This document shows positions 1 through 16,775 of a DNA stretch of 64,000 nt, one piece after another. Source of the stretch: the human T2T-CHM13v2.0 reference genome, Homo sapiens. The notes below the pieces were generated by a model. It was given only the letters and a program-made list of their open reading frames with translations, searched no databases and had not been told where the DNA came from. Position numbers and translations under genes: made by a program. Within the stretch, counting starts at the first letter, position 1. Each line of letters begins with the position of its first letter. The stretch lies in NCBI RefSeq assembly GCF_009914755.1, contig NC_060931.1; one strand, 5' to 3'.

Positions 1-128
<128 letters not shown>

Positions 129-856
129 TTAAGTAGCTAGCCCACAGAGAAACTGGGCTAGACCCCAGCCAGACACTTCCTACCCGAGAAGCCATACACA
201 GCAGGGTGCGGTTTGGCTCGTCTAGGAATAAGTGAGCCCTTCTCACGGAACTGCTCTTGAGTTGAGGGCCCTTTTGCCACAAGCTGTGGGTTGAAAGGTG
301 TAGGCAAAAGTTCACCTTTTAATCCACAGCTTGGTGATCCTTTTCTGAAAGAATTCTGGCTCTTCAATGCAGGTATAGTCAAGAAAAGAAAGTAGTCAAG
401 AAAAGTCTTACCAAAGCAACATAGCTTAGTAAATTGCATATGTACATTTTCTTCTCTTTTATGAACATTCTTATTCCATGATTAGACAACAGCTCTTTAA
501 AAATCGAGACAGCAAAAACGGTGACAGATTTGTCCCTGTCTTGCAAATACGACCCTTTCAGGGGTCTTTGTAAGTTGTGGAAAAGTAAGTCTGCCAATCC
601 ACCAGCAGATGTCTCTGTTTTGCCTAAATGAATAGGGCTCCCTCTGTTCTCAGCCACTCCATTTCAGATCCAATTAAACAAAACCCTTTCTCCGATTGTC
701 CCCAGAGATCCCAACATGCTTAAAAGCAAAGAATTTTCTTCCTCCTTAATTTTTAAAATGGAGAAATGTAATGGAATAGTTTCTCATTCTCCTAAAAATC
801 AGCATTCAAGTCTCATATACCCATTTCTTGTAAATCTTATAAAACCAAGCTTATAC

Positions 857-1070
857 TGGTAGTTGCCAGGGGCTGGAGGAAGAAAGGAATGGAGAGTTAT
901 TATTTAATGGATACGGAGTTTCCGTTTTATAAGATGAAAAGAGTAGAGATTGATGGTGGTGACAGTTGCACAATATTATAAATGTATTTACTACCACTAA
1001 CCGTACACTAGAAATGGATAAGATGGTAAATTTTACGTTTGTGTATTTTATCACAATAAAAAAAAATTGA
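857..1070 (+). mobile_element. L1M (L1MB-like) 3' end
   Basis: GGTAGTTGCCAGGGGGCTGG...GATGGTGGTGACAGTTGCACAA...GGTAAATTTTACGTTTGTGTATTTTATCACAATAAAAA; TSD-like AA(A/G)CCAA(G/C)CTTATAC. Confidence 0.8.
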
Positions 1071-2654
1071 GGGAGAAAAAAGCCAACCTTATACCAAAGA
1101 ATATATTACCCTCAACTTTAGTCCTTACTGTAAATTCCACTCATGAATTGGCAAAATTAGCTTAAGGAAAGTAGATTTCGATAAAAGTTTAAATTCTGTG
1201 CTCTCAAAGTAAAAGTTTATTAGTGGACCACCTTTTGTGAATAAATAAGTCCATCTTGAGTGGAGATGGAACATCTCCTTTTGGAAGATTTTGTGATAGA
1301 AGAGATGCTGAAAAAGAATTTAACCTCGTGATGGAAGTCATTTTTCATTTAAAGTATCTCTACCGTGTATGATCCAGAGGCTCTGTTACTTTCTTCCTGT
1401 TATGCCTTTTCCCCTCAATAACTCTAAATTTAAAAATTAAGTAGAAAATACTAATTAATATTTGCTGAGTTTTTTTCTCCCTAAGCAAATTAGAGCCCCG
1501 TTTTCAGTCAATCCATGTGACCCTTGAGAAATGCCTCCCCTGTGTCAAAGCATGCCTGGTCCTGTAGGAACCCTTTTCAGCCAGCAGGACCCTCAGGAGA
1601 CAGGGAAACCTTCTTGTCTAGAACCTCCAAACAGGAAGTGCCAAAAACTAAAACCTTGCCCGAGGCAAAGTGTTCTTGTCAAGATTCAGGTTTCTATGGC
1701 CACACCTTTTTACATCCTGACCACTAAGCCAAACTCATCGATTTCTATTTCACACTCAAAAACACACGTACACATGAAAAGGAGCACTTTAGGAATAGAC
1801 TGACCCTAAGAGAAATAAAACCTCAAGAACTTCCAGTAAATTTATTCAGAAGATCTCAATATTGCACTTAAAATTCTATTTCAGTTCAACGAATCAACTT
1901 ACATTGAAAAATGCATTTTCAAATGGAGGGCACATTAGGGATCTCAGCCCAAACATAGCTTGGGTGTTTTTCCAGCTGAATGTTGGCCTGACTCTCATAC
2001 TAACCTCTCCTGTGTATGAGAGAGAGCATCAGCCTTGATGCAGCATTGATCCAATTCTCCTGTGCTAAGCATGTCTCGATTTCACGTAATCACTGTATAT
2101 CACTTTCCTTTGTATTCAGGGTAGAAGCTGCCATCGGTGTTATTTCCTTGCATAACCCCCTGTTCTAGCTCGAACTGTACTAATGAGTGACCAGAATTTA
2201 CTGCCACGTTGGACAACAGGGCCAGCTATGCTTTAAATGTTTCTTTTCACCGAAATAACCAGAACGTGTCAATCAGCTAATATTATGCCACCAGTGGCAT
2301 CTCATTAAAACCTCTTTTTTATTTTTAGCTAGATTCTGTCAGGTGAACACCATCCAACTATTCAAATGTTGCTCCCCTTACAGAAGCTTTCAGAGGAATT
2401 TGGAGCTGAAGTTGCCAGCAACAGAGAGGGCCACAGCTAACGCGATAGAGCTGCTCACAGTGTTAGACCAGGCCTATGAAAACTTTGCACCGCAGATCCT
2501 CCCCAGGTGTAATCTAGGTGGGAGAAAGGCCTTCTAGCTCTGTAGTTGTCCTATCAAAAAACAAAAGTTTCTCCATGGAAAGCTCCACTTGTGGCCAAAG
2601 AGAAGAGGAATTGGAGACCTGGCAGGGAGGAGCTGTCAGAGCCCAGGGGGAGAG

Positions 2655-2810
2655 TGTGAAGCCATGGTCCTGGTGGCCAGACAGGCCTGCTTAGAGCCTG
2701 GCTCTGTCACCTGTTACTATGTGGCCTTCAACAAGTCACTTAAACTCTTAGATCTCAGTTTCTTCATTTATCAAATGGCAAAAACAAAATCCATCATGCT
2801 GGTATAATGG
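2655..2810 (+). mobile_element. MIR
   Basis: CCTGGCTCTGTCAC...CAAGTCACTTAAACTCTTAGATCTCAGTTTCTTCATTTATCAAATGG. Confidence 0.7.
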
Positions 2811-2879
2811 GGATACTTTTCTACAAATAGTAAATGCATGCATTTTTTACTAAATATCTTGTATATATATGTGTATACA

Positions 2880-3290
2880 AATTATAAACTAACTATAGAT
2901 TTTCACAGCAAACATACCCAGATTAAGAAACAATGTAACCAGCACCTCATTCCCTCCTAAGAGTAACACATCCTGACACTTAACAAGATAGACTAGTTTT
3001 GCCTCATTTTGAACTTGATCTAAATGGAATCTTACAGTATGTACTCCTTGTGTCTGGCTTTTTTTATCCAGCATGATATTTTCTCTAAGAAATATCCGTG
3101 TTGTTGTGAGAAGCAATAGATTATTCCTACTCATTGTTATACAATATTCCATTGTATGTCTTTTAAAAAATATATACCATTGTATATGTATATATATATA
3201 CATTCCATTGTATGTTTTTTTAAAAATATATACCATGGTATATGTATATATATTCCATTGTATGTTTTTTTAAAAGTCTATTTAAACAAT
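2880..3290 (-). mobile_element. L1M 3'UTR fragment containing a ~55-bp AT-rich tandem duplication (3145-3280)
   Basis: AAATGGAATCTTACAGTATGTACTC...TATTCCATTGTATG; TTCCATTGTATGT..AAAA occurs three times. Confidence 0.7.
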
Positions 3291-3380
3291 ATTCCCTTCA
3301 GTCTACTTCCTCCAAGGCCAAGTACTGTGTTTTTTTGTTTTGTTGTGTGTATGTGTGGGTGTGTTGTTTGTTTGTTTGTT

Positions 3381-3516
3381 TTTGGAGTCTTGCTCTGTCG
3401 CCCAGGCTGGAGTGCAGTGGCACGATCTCGGGTCACTGCCACCTCTGCTTCCCAGGTTCAAGCCACTGCATTCCAGCCTGGGAGACAGAGTGACACTCCA
3501 TCTCAAAAAAAAAAAA
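3381..3516. mobile_element. Fold-back Alu chimera (minus-strand 3' end fused to plus-strand 3' end)
   Basis: CCCAGGCTGGAGTGCAGTGGC...GGTTCAAG joined directly to CCACTGCATTCCAGCCTGGG...polyA. Confidence 0.9.
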
Positions 3517-5141
3517 GGTAGATATTACTATGAGAGTTATTACCTTACCATCATCATTGTTACGACTACAATAACTCAGATAACCCAAAGCAGCTCTGTT
3601 CTCTTGGGCATATTAGGAGAGCACCTCCCAACATATTCTTAGGAGGATCTGTAGTTGCTTCCCCTAAAGGAGCAATTAAAGATGGCTGTGCTGATCCTAC
3701 AGTTCTCCCCAGACCCCCTCTTCACCATTCCCCTGTCCTTCTCTGCCTTTCCTCCTCCACCTTTCTTTACCCATTCCCCCCAACTCCTCGCCTCAAAGCA
3801 TCTTGGCTGTTTTCTTCTGGGAAATGTGGTAGTCTACAGCGAGACCACCTCAATTAAAGAAGAAACCAGAGGGCCTCCAAGAAAGGGGAGCCAAATGAAA
3901 CGCTCTTTCCAAAAGCATGTATGTCTGTATGATCACAGCGGCTTCCAAAACACCCAAAACTGAAGAAAAAGTGATGCTTAAATTATGTTTGAGCGTTGAT
4001 GATACCTGAAACTCAGAAAATCTTTAATCTTCCACAGCAAAAAATGAGCTTACTATGTATACTTGCTTAAAGTCCTCGCATATGTAGACTGATTATCCAA
4101 CCTCCCTCTCGTTTCCATCATTGAGTATCATGAATTTGTATTTGAATTCCTTCTCTTTGTCTAAACTTTGAAGGTCACCATGTTTCTATTCCCCGTCCCA
4201 TATCACCACCAACTTTTGCTGGATGCAGTATTGTTCACATCAGTAGATCTAAAATATTATCTATTATTATAACCCTCTTAAAGACACCTATACTCCTGTG
4301 CCCAGGGTTGCTGAGTATTCAGGATTCTCCATTACAATCTTAATCTTGACTTTCTCTTTCATCGTTCCTATAAATTAACTTATAATTTTTCACACTAGGT
4401 GTCCCAATTTGGGGTTCTGAAAATATGGTCTATGTGTCTTTCTATTCTCATTTCAAAAGAGGCCAGAGCAATTTTTCAATATCTTACATACAAAGAGAAA
4501 AGGAATGTTTAGGGAAAGATTTCCAGGACCTCATAACAGTTCCCCACTGTTCTCTAAGATGGTTGTTAAAAAGCTCACTTTGTGAACCCAGGTGGCCAGA
4601 AAATCAAATCAAGAAACTAGAGTATTGTATTCGCCAAGCTGTTACACTAGAGCAGACTGAGCAACTTGGCTCAGCAGGCCATGGGCATCATTCCTCCTTG
4701 GTGGCTCCTCTGGAAGTCGTGGACTCTTGCTCCACCTCGCTTTTCTTCTCCATCAAATGGGACTAACGAGGACATTGTGAAACATAATTGCTGTTTATGG
4801 AGAGCCTCGGCATCTGAGATGAAAGGCATTTGAACCAGGTAAAGCTTGTTCAAGATGAGTTAATGCTTTGATTAGTGGAGTTCAAGGAAGAAAAGTATAC
4901 CCCATGTCATCTGAGAATGATCCTGCTGGCTGGGAGAAGCAAGGTTTCACTTTACAGAGGACTTGTGGGGATTTTTTTGTTCTCTTTTAAATGGTGTTCA
5001 CAATGCTGGAATTTCTTTCCATGCTTGACGTTAGAGGAAATCCTCGAACATGAAGGAAAATCTAACTCATTAGAACCTGGCGACATTCAAATCATTTTTT
5101 CCATATAGCCAAGCACATAGTAAGTGCTCAGTAAAGATTTA

Positions 5142-5531
<390 letters not shown>

Positions 5532-5789
5532 TCATATCAAAAAAAGATGAAGAATCCAATGAAACACATGACATGATGATTTTGAGTTATGAAAAATATT
5601 CATGCTCCATTAAGAATCATATAGAAAGCCACTCACATATTTCCACAGGCTATGCATGCAAACAACAGCAAACTGACACACAGTTCAAGTTATTTGCAGT
5701 ATTGCGTCCATAGAGAGAGAAACTCTAAAGTTCTGTGACAGATTTTTAAACAAAACATCAGAACTTACACATCCTCATTAGTACAAACC

Positions 5790-5965
5790 TCAGGAGGCTA
5801 CATCTTTATTCCAACAATGATATCATTGTTCAACGCATTTTAAAATTCCTCTTTAGAAACACTACACAGAGCCAGCGGCCTGTTCTTTTTAATATCTGCT
5901 GTAGTGGCAAATCTTCATATTTGGAGGGTAAATTTGATTCTTGTAGATAACAAAAGGGCATTAGG
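5790..5965 (-). mobile_element. Ancient mariner (MARNA-like) transposase C-terminal fragment
   Basis: Minus strand reads IKFTLQI*RFATTADIKKNRPLALCSVSKEEF*, resembling the mariner C-terminus (IKSTLKGRRFAT...KEEF). Confidence 0.6.
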
Positions 5966-6324
5966 AATTGGTTGGTGATTGAGAATCCTAGATTATAAAC
6001 CAAAAGGGAAATGTGATTGCCATGTAATAAGAATTTATTTTCTTACATGGCTTTTTACACTGGCTCTAAAAGCAAATCCAGAGAAATAGTTCCAGAAATG
6101 ATTTTTGAGGGTTGATTTAGTAAATCTATCCACTCCACAGAAGGGACAAAACAAGCAAGAAGAACGCATCATAAGCATCATTACATCTAACATCTGTACA
6201 TTAGGGTCTGCATTTACAATGTATCTAGCATAATAGTGCCTCATTTACGTTCGCATCTGCCCCCACCTTGGCCTGACCCATGGTTCAAATAACCTCAAAG
6301 GTATCTACAAAATACAATACTGAG

Positions 6325-6585
6325 GGCCGGGCATGGTGGCTCACACCTGTAATCCCAGCATTTTGGGAAACCAGCCTGGCCAACATGGTGAAACTCCCTC
6401 TCTACTAAAAATACAAAAATTAGCCAGGCATGGTGGTGCACACCTGTAATCCCAGCCATTCAGGAGGCTGAGGCAGAGAAAATGCTTGAACCTACAAGGC
6501 AGAGTTTGCAATGAGCCAAGATTGTGCCACTGCACTCCAACATGGACAACAGAGCAAGACTTTGTCTCAAAAAAAAAAAATACAG
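6325..6585 (+). mobile_element. AluS with an internal left-arm deletion
   Basis: TTTTGGGAAA is joined directly to CCAGCCTGGCCAAC. Confidence 0.9.
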
Positions 6586-6770
6586 TTTTTTTGTAGCCCT
6601 CTATAATTGATATATTTTTAAATAGTCAATAATAAAAATGTATCAATACTCCTCTATTGTATCAGGAACAGAGAAGTCATCTTTCAACTAGGTGACATTG
6701 TAGTGAGTGAAACCTCCTCATCATATACAAAGGCTAAACCAGCAGAGCAAAGGAGGAAAACAGGAAGTGA

Positions 6771-7150
<380 letters not shown>

Positions 7151-7212
7151 GAGTCATCATTTCTTAACATTTCTTACAACCAGTCCTTTTCACTAGACTC
7201 ATTCATTGCATC

Positions 7213-7315
7213 AGAATATCTACAACCTTGGGCAAGTTACTGAACCTGGGTAGGGGAAGAGGGAGAATATCTACAACCTTGGGGTTGAGAGGAGGAGGGA
7301 GAATATCTACAACCT
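7213..7315. repeat. Three short direct repeats AGAATATCTACAACCT(TGGG) with G-rich spacers
   Basis: Copies at 7213, 7264 and 7300. Confidence 0.9.
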
Positions 7316-7993
7316 ATTAAGACAACCAGAAGCAACCACAAGGATTCCTAGGCCAATACTTCTAAGCCAATTCTGGAAAATATCGTAGAGAAGGGTCGAA
7401 GTGGGGTTTTCTGGTAGCACAGGGAATAGTGGTACACACAGGAAAGAGTCTATGTCACTGGGTTTGTATTGTCTTGCAGAGATAATTCATTCCCCAGTGG
7501 TTGTCAAAATAACATACCAAGGATCAAAATCATAGCTGTTTGTGCCTGTGGCTGTTTGCACATGGAGGTCAAATGGTGTTCCCTCATTTACCATGGGTAG
7601 TAGGGCATAAATGTCCTCTAACTGTCCCAGTTTGCATGGAACTGTCACGGTTTCAGCACTGGCAGCCCCACGTCCCAGGAAACTGCTCAGTTCAAGGCAA
7701 ACCAGAACAAACCATTGGTCAGAGGAAAAGGAAGCCCACATGAGGCCATAAGATATATTTCAGCTGCCCATCGAGAATGGAAGCCAGCAATCCTGACATC
7801 AGCCATTAGGTCATTTTGTTCTACCTGGCTGGTGTTCACCTCCAAGAACTTTCCCAAGCTTGTGACCCAACATGGTAAGAGAAGAAAATGACAGTAAGCT
7901 CTGGGCCCCCACTGTGGTGTGAAGCTTGAGCTATGCCACACTGCCTTCCTGGGCCTCAGAGATATAATGCGTAGGTGAGGAGCTGCACCAAAT

Positions 7994-8215
7994 CAGTGTT
8001 TTCAAACTCCAGACAACAGTTTGATTTTCATGGGCCAGGAAATCAATGTAGTGGCTTGCAAACAGCATTTTAAAATAATAGAATAAAATGGAATATGTGA
8101 GAGGGCATTGCACGTGGCAAGGAAATATTGTTTGTAAAATATGTTTCAGCTACATATCTATGTCCATGTGTACTGGGTCTCAGTGTAAAATCTAGTGCTT
8201 AGTGTGGGTTGCAAA
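7994..8215. mobile_element. hAT-Charlie-type non-autonomous DNA transposon
   Basis: CAGTGTTTTCAAACT terminus and AAATCAATGTAGTGG...CAGCATTTTAAAA...TACTGGGTC internal motifs. Confidence 0.55.
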
Positions 8216-8470
8216 GTCCATACATGGAACAATCTCCAAACTTTCTACCAGCTCCAGAATTTTGTATCCTACAGAAGTCATCCTAATAATTTCTTCTCTT
8301 ATACGTGTCATGAGATTTGGTAACTAGAGTGCGTGGGACTTCCTTCACTGGGCATTGGGTTATATTATTTTTATAAATTGTTTTTCTCTTTTATTATTGT
8401 AAGGAAAAGTTGTCCTTCACCTATTTATAGCACCCAGCACGGAGTCTTACAGTTAGGTCACTGTCAATAA

Positions 8471-9782
<1,312 letters not shown>

Positions 9783-10179
9783 ATGACTTCTAGGAGGGTG
9801 AAATATGACAGGCACTGCCTGTGCATTGACAGGAAGTATGATTTTATGGATTGTCACTCTATAATGGCAGGGTATAGAAAGAATAAAGGTTAGCAATTTT
9901 TACATAACAAATCTATTAGGGAACCCTTTTGTTTTCTACTCTGCCCCGCCACCAAAAGTTATGCAGGAATTTCCATATAATCAGGACTTCAACTAAAAAT
10001 TTCTGCATCCTGAAAAGGAAAAATGTCATTTCCTCTTAAATCACACTTATTTCCATGGGTAATTCTGAAGTTTGTTAAAAGGACAGAAATGGAGAAGGTT
10101 CATATTTATGGTTCCCAGTCTTTTAAAAAATTAGGAAGTGAAATTGCTTCTCCAAAATATAAGAACAGATCAGAAATTA

Positions 10180-10347
<168 letters not shown>

Positions 10348-12143
10348 TTAAAATTAAGACATTAAAACTTAACTTTTTACAAGCATAAAATTAGGCCACA
10401 TCACGAGCATGGCTGGCCATGGGATGGGCTCATGCCCAAATGAGGGTGCCCAAGCCCCTGGGGCCACATCCCACACAGGGGAGGAAACTCCATCCCAGTA
10501 AGAGAAATGACGTGATATGGACTTTGCTGGCAGGGGCGAGGGGTCGTCCAGGCGGGTGCGGAGGGACACAGTGTGTGGAGACAGGCAGTTGAGCTGTTCT
10601 AGCCAGGACCTGCCGCCTTTGAAAAACAAGACCTAAGGAAACGACCACAGGCTCAGAATCCCAGGCTAAGCTAAACAGCTCGATCTCAGGAAAGAGGAAC
10701 TGATGCAGTTGAGAACCGGCCGTTCTCTTTTCTGCTGTCTGTACTTTTTATTATGTTCCTTTAAACTACTTGTTACGGGAACTTAATTTTTAACAACTAT
10801 GTAATAAATCCAACAAAACTATGAAACTAACACCTAAGTTCCTCATGCTTTTTCAGTACCCATCGCTGGACTCCAAATTTCCAAATTCCCAATGAAGGAA
10901 CCAGCTCCTGTCTCCCAGCAACACACGCCGCTAGCCTGACCAGGGCGGAATGTTTTGGGGTCAAACTTATCCAATCAGCCGAGGGTAGGGAGAGAAATGG
11001 TGCCCCAGGGACCCAGCGTGGCTGCTTAGACAGCGGGGCCGAGGGTAGGCAGGGGCCACCAGTCTGCGTGACCCCTGCAGTTTCAGGAAGTACGATAGCA
11101 GGAAACGGGCAGAGCTCAGATGAGACCCAAGTCCAGGGTGCAGCCTGGAAGTCTGATTCCAGAGGAACAAAGAGACAAATACCAACGTGGATTCTGGCAG
11201 AGGGGAACAATGCAGGTGCCCAGTGAGTAAAACTGGGGCACAAGAGGAAGGTTTAATTACCGGAAAAAGATAGCAGGTACTGAATGTGGGGCAGAAAGTG
11301 AGGGAGGATGGGAAACAATTGCCTCTCTTGCTAAGACCCAGCACAGAGTCCTGCACGTGGGAGGAAATCAATAAAGATTGGCTGTTTCGTTAATTAACTC
11401 AGCAGCTTATTTAGCTCAGCCAGGTCTGTTGAGTCTTTAAAGAAACTGGATCAGTGTTAAGGCAGGGCTGCAGCCCTCCTGCATCAGAATCACCCGGTGG
11501 GGGTGGGGGATTGGGGCTTGTTGAAAATACAGATACCAGGGCTCTGAAAGAGACTTAATCCTAACCTCCTGGGCCTGGGGCCCAGGAATCTGTATACCAC
11601 TGGGCTACATGGCTGTACCTGTGGGTCGCCTTGTTCTGTTGGAGAAACTTGTTATTGTATTGGGTACTGTTTGCCTTAAATTTCAGGTTAAAATTAATTT
11701 TTCCCCCAATTGAGCAAAATAGAGGCAGTGACAGTATTCATATGAATGTATCTGGTGTGATTCGTCCCATTTTTCAGGTGGAGTTTATCTCATTCCCTGT
11801 CTCCACACTGGACCGGTTTGCCCAGATCTGTTTTTACCTACAGGGCCAGCTGCAGGGCTGGGCAGTCCCAGTTTCTGGTGCAATCCCAATGGCAGGAATC
11901 TCGGCCCTACCCTCTACCCACTGTGCTGATAATTAGGTCATCCTTTCCAGACTTGACATCCCAGGCCCAACCATCCCTGCTCCTAATTGTTCCCTGAAGG
12001 TGCCCCAGAGCTGGAGTACCACGGTGAGCCCTGGGGGTCCACAATACCTCTAGATCCCAGCATCTCACCTGCCCCCACCATACTGACCTAACACACAGGA
12101 GTGGGTGACTGCCTTCACTTCCCTCATTCGAGTCTTTCCCTAA

Positions 12144-12935
<792 letters not shown>

Positions 12936-13579
12936 TCTGCCATATAATTTACAGTCTGTATTTATATTCATAAACATTCTCTTCAAGTGAAGGCCAAATG
13001 ATATCATGTGGTGATGAACCATGAATAATCCAAAATGATTTAAATAAAGTGCCCAACATTTTGTTATCCAAGCTCAAAGGAAACTTGTAGCAATCAAAGC
13101 AACATTCTCGTGTTCATGGACCCCATTTTGTACCTACCATCTTCTAAAAGTTTGTTATGAATATGGCAGTGAATGAACAATGAAAAATCTTTCTGTTCCT
13201 CATTCTAGCAATTATGCAATTAGACACTTCTTAAAGGCAGATTTCCAGCATGTGGCAATGCTAACTTTACTTTTGAGTGAACAAGACAGTTCCTCAGAGT
13301 GAGCAAGTGGCCTTTCATTAAAATCGGCATTTCAGGAATGCTCAGGGGCAGAGTTTTAATTAACTATGAGGTCGGATTATTCTGAGCTAGCATACAAGGC
13401 AAAGCTAACAGGTATTCTCTGCATTAGCACTGAACCCAAAGGCCAAAGACAATAACTATACCATTAGTTTCAGGACAAGAGCATCATCTGTCATATTAAA
13501 CTAATGTTGTTTTACTTATAAAATACTGGTTTTGCAGTGGTGTTTGGGCTTCATTCATACATCAGCTTTGTTTTTATAA

Positions 13580-13830
13580 TAATAGCTAGTACTAATTAGT
13601 GCTTGCCACATGCCAGGCACTGTGCTAAACCTTTTTCATGGATTGACTCTTTAATCCTCAAAACAATCCTATGAGATAGATACTATTTCCTGCGTCTTAC
13701 CAGTCAGTAAACTGAGGCACAGAGAAATTAACTTACCTGAGGTTACACACCATGTAAGTGACAGGTCTAGGATTTAAACCCAAGTGGGTCTTGCTCCAGA
13801 AATTGTGTTCTTAATGCAACACTATACTGT
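13580..13830 (-). mobile_element. MIR
   Basis: TGCCAGGCACTGTGCTAA...TTTAATCCTCAAAACAATCCTATGAG...AAACTGAGGCACAGAGA. Confidence 0.8.
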
Positions 13831-14084
13831 TTATCATTATATCATTTTATATATATATGATTATATATCACTTTATATATTAAATGATTTCATGATTTCA
13901 TTTTATATTTTTTACATATTTTTTTACATATTTGAATAGTTATAAAAACTGCTTAATCCAATATTTAGCTTGTAAAAATTTCTTTTCTGATTTAAGAAAA
14001 AGAAAGGTCTATGTACTATTCAAGTGAAAGAAATGCTGTTTTAGTAGAATTTCTGCTCAGAGTAACTGGGACCTGTTCTTTGTT

Positions 14085-14422
14085 TTGATGTTGTTGTTTT
14101 GTTTTGTTTTGTTTTGTTTTGTTTTGTTTTTGTTTGTTTGTTTTTGAGACAGGGTCTCGCTCTTGTTGCCCAGGCTGGAATGCAGTGGTGCAATCACCGC
14201 TCACTGCAGCTTTGATCTCAAGCAGTCCTTCCCACCTCAGCCTCCCGAGTAGCTGGGACTACAGGTGCGCACCACCAAGCCCTGCTAATTTTTGTATTTT
14301 TTGTAGAAATGGGGTTTCGCCATGGTGGCCAGGCTGGTCTCAAACTCCTGGTCTCAAGCAATCCACCCACCTTGGCATCCCAAATTGCTGGGATTTCAGG
14401 CATAAACCACCATGCCCGGCTG
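14085..14422 (-). mobile_element. AluJ with a (GTTTT)n tail
   Basis: Antisense Alu preceded by a GTTTT pentamer array. Confidence 0.9.
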
Positions 14423-15347
14423 GGACCCATTCTAAATCCCAGTGGTGACATGAAGTAGGAAGTGGCTCCAATGCCTGGCTTAGCTCTGTAAGCCTTTCTG
14501 ATCCTCTCCTCACAGCCCAGCATGCCCTCCTCACTAGGGAAGGCCTACTGGGTAAGAACTGAGACTCCTGAACTCATCTCCACTTGTCAAGCCCCTGAGC
14601 ATTCCCAATGCCTAGTTTTCCTGTGAAGTGTTCTGCTGTTAGGTCAGCTCTCCTGCTAGGAATGCAAGCTGGAGTTGCAGCTGACATTGCCATCTTTGAA
14701 CCCAAAGTATTCCTCATCCTACCCCACTCCGACCTCCAGCCTTCTGCAGGGCAGGTGAGTTTCCCAACTCTCTGTCACAGCTGACACCTGACTGTGAGGT
14801 CCCAATCAGCACCAGCTTCCTCATCCTCCTTCTTTCCCTTCTCCCTGCCAGACTCATGTTCAGATGCTTCTCCTTTGGCTCAGTGACAGCCTCAACAGCA
14901 TATGTGATCACAGTGACAACTGCCTGGTGCCAACTCCAGTTCACCAGGCCAGTATGACAAAAGTGAATCACACTGTTATAACTGCATCAAAATGAGGCAG
15001 TAACTCCTTGAAAGAGTGTCAGTAAGATGCAGGTAATAAATGCTTCTAGTCTGCTGGAAGGCCCATGAATTGCAATCCTCCCTCTTTATAATCACAAAAG
15101 ATATGATGCATAATTACAAGTTAATGGAACTGACTTTTGCATGTGACTTGGGAATTATAAAATTATAAAGCTGAGAGGGTCCTCAGAGTTAGATCACTCC
15201 CTGCAAGTTGCATCACTTGTTTACAAATGCTTTTTTGTAGCACAATGGTAAAAAGCACTTTTACCATTGTTTCAGCACTAACAAATGAGCCCCCATAATC
15301 TTCATGCTTTTGGGAAGAGTACTGTCCACTGTCCAGTCTCCAACTTC

Positions 15348-15645
15348 TTTTTTTTTTTTTTTTTTTGAGACAGAGTTTCGCTCTTGTTGCCCAGGCTGGA
15401 GCACAATGGCGCAATCTCAGCTCACCTCAACTTCCACCCCCTGGGTTCAACCAGTTCTCCTGCCTCAACCTCGTAAGTAGCTGGGATTACAGGCATGTAC
15501 CACCATGCCTGGCTAATTTTGTATTTTTAATACAGATGGGATTTCTCCATGTCGGTCAGGCTAGTCTTAAGCTCCCGACCTCACGTGATCCCGCCTCGGC
15601 CTCCCAAAGTGCTGGGATCACAGGGGTGAGCCACTGCGCCCGGCC
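15348..15645 (-). mobile_element. AluS
   Basis: TSD CCAGTCTCCAACTTCTT. Confidence 0.93.
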
Positions 15646-15664
15646 CAGTCTCCAACTTCTTGAG

Positions 15665-15964
15665 TGATGAGAGGTGGTTAAGTAGCAGCCAAGTGGCTTC
15701 CTGGTCCCTGGATCACAGCTGTGGCATTGCATTCTTGAAGTCAATCGTCCTGTGATGGTCTACATACAATCTTCCTTCCCGATGATGGCAAAGGAGGCAG
15801 CTCCCAGCAGGCCAGTTGGGAAGCGTGCTCCAGAACCCATTCCTGCAGCCTGGGACCCACTTCTCTAGCCTTCCATTGGTTTTTATGTTCCTAGTTCCAT
15901 GCATCAATTTGGTTCTGCTTAAAATACTCTGAATGGATCCTATTTAAGAGCCCTGGCTAATACA
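15665..15964 (+). mobile_element. Probable old ERVL LTR 3' fragment
   Basis: Ends in AGAGCCCTGGCTAATACA, typical of ERVL LTR termini. Confidence 0.4.
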
Positions 15965-16163
15965 CCTGCACTAATCATGTCACAAGAACCCTATGAAGGA
16001 AGGACTAGTATTCCCTTTTACAGTCTGAGGAAAGTGGCACAGGAGGTTAATAAGGTTGCCCCAGGGCTTACTTAGTAAGTGGCGGTTTCTTTAGTAAGTG
16101 GGTCTCTGGCTCAATCCATCCCAGTCCAGCTCCACAGGCCACACTCCAAAGGCTTCACTGCCT

Positions 16164-16775
<612 letters not shown>

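Noticed and set aside
7213-7315. Repeat-spacer pattern resembling CRISPR
   Set aside because: Primate DNA, only three short copies, related unequal spacers and no cas genes.
11496-11517. G-run cluster (possible G-quadruplex)
   Set aside because: Lies inside a MER5-like repeat, such motifs are common, and there is no supporting context.
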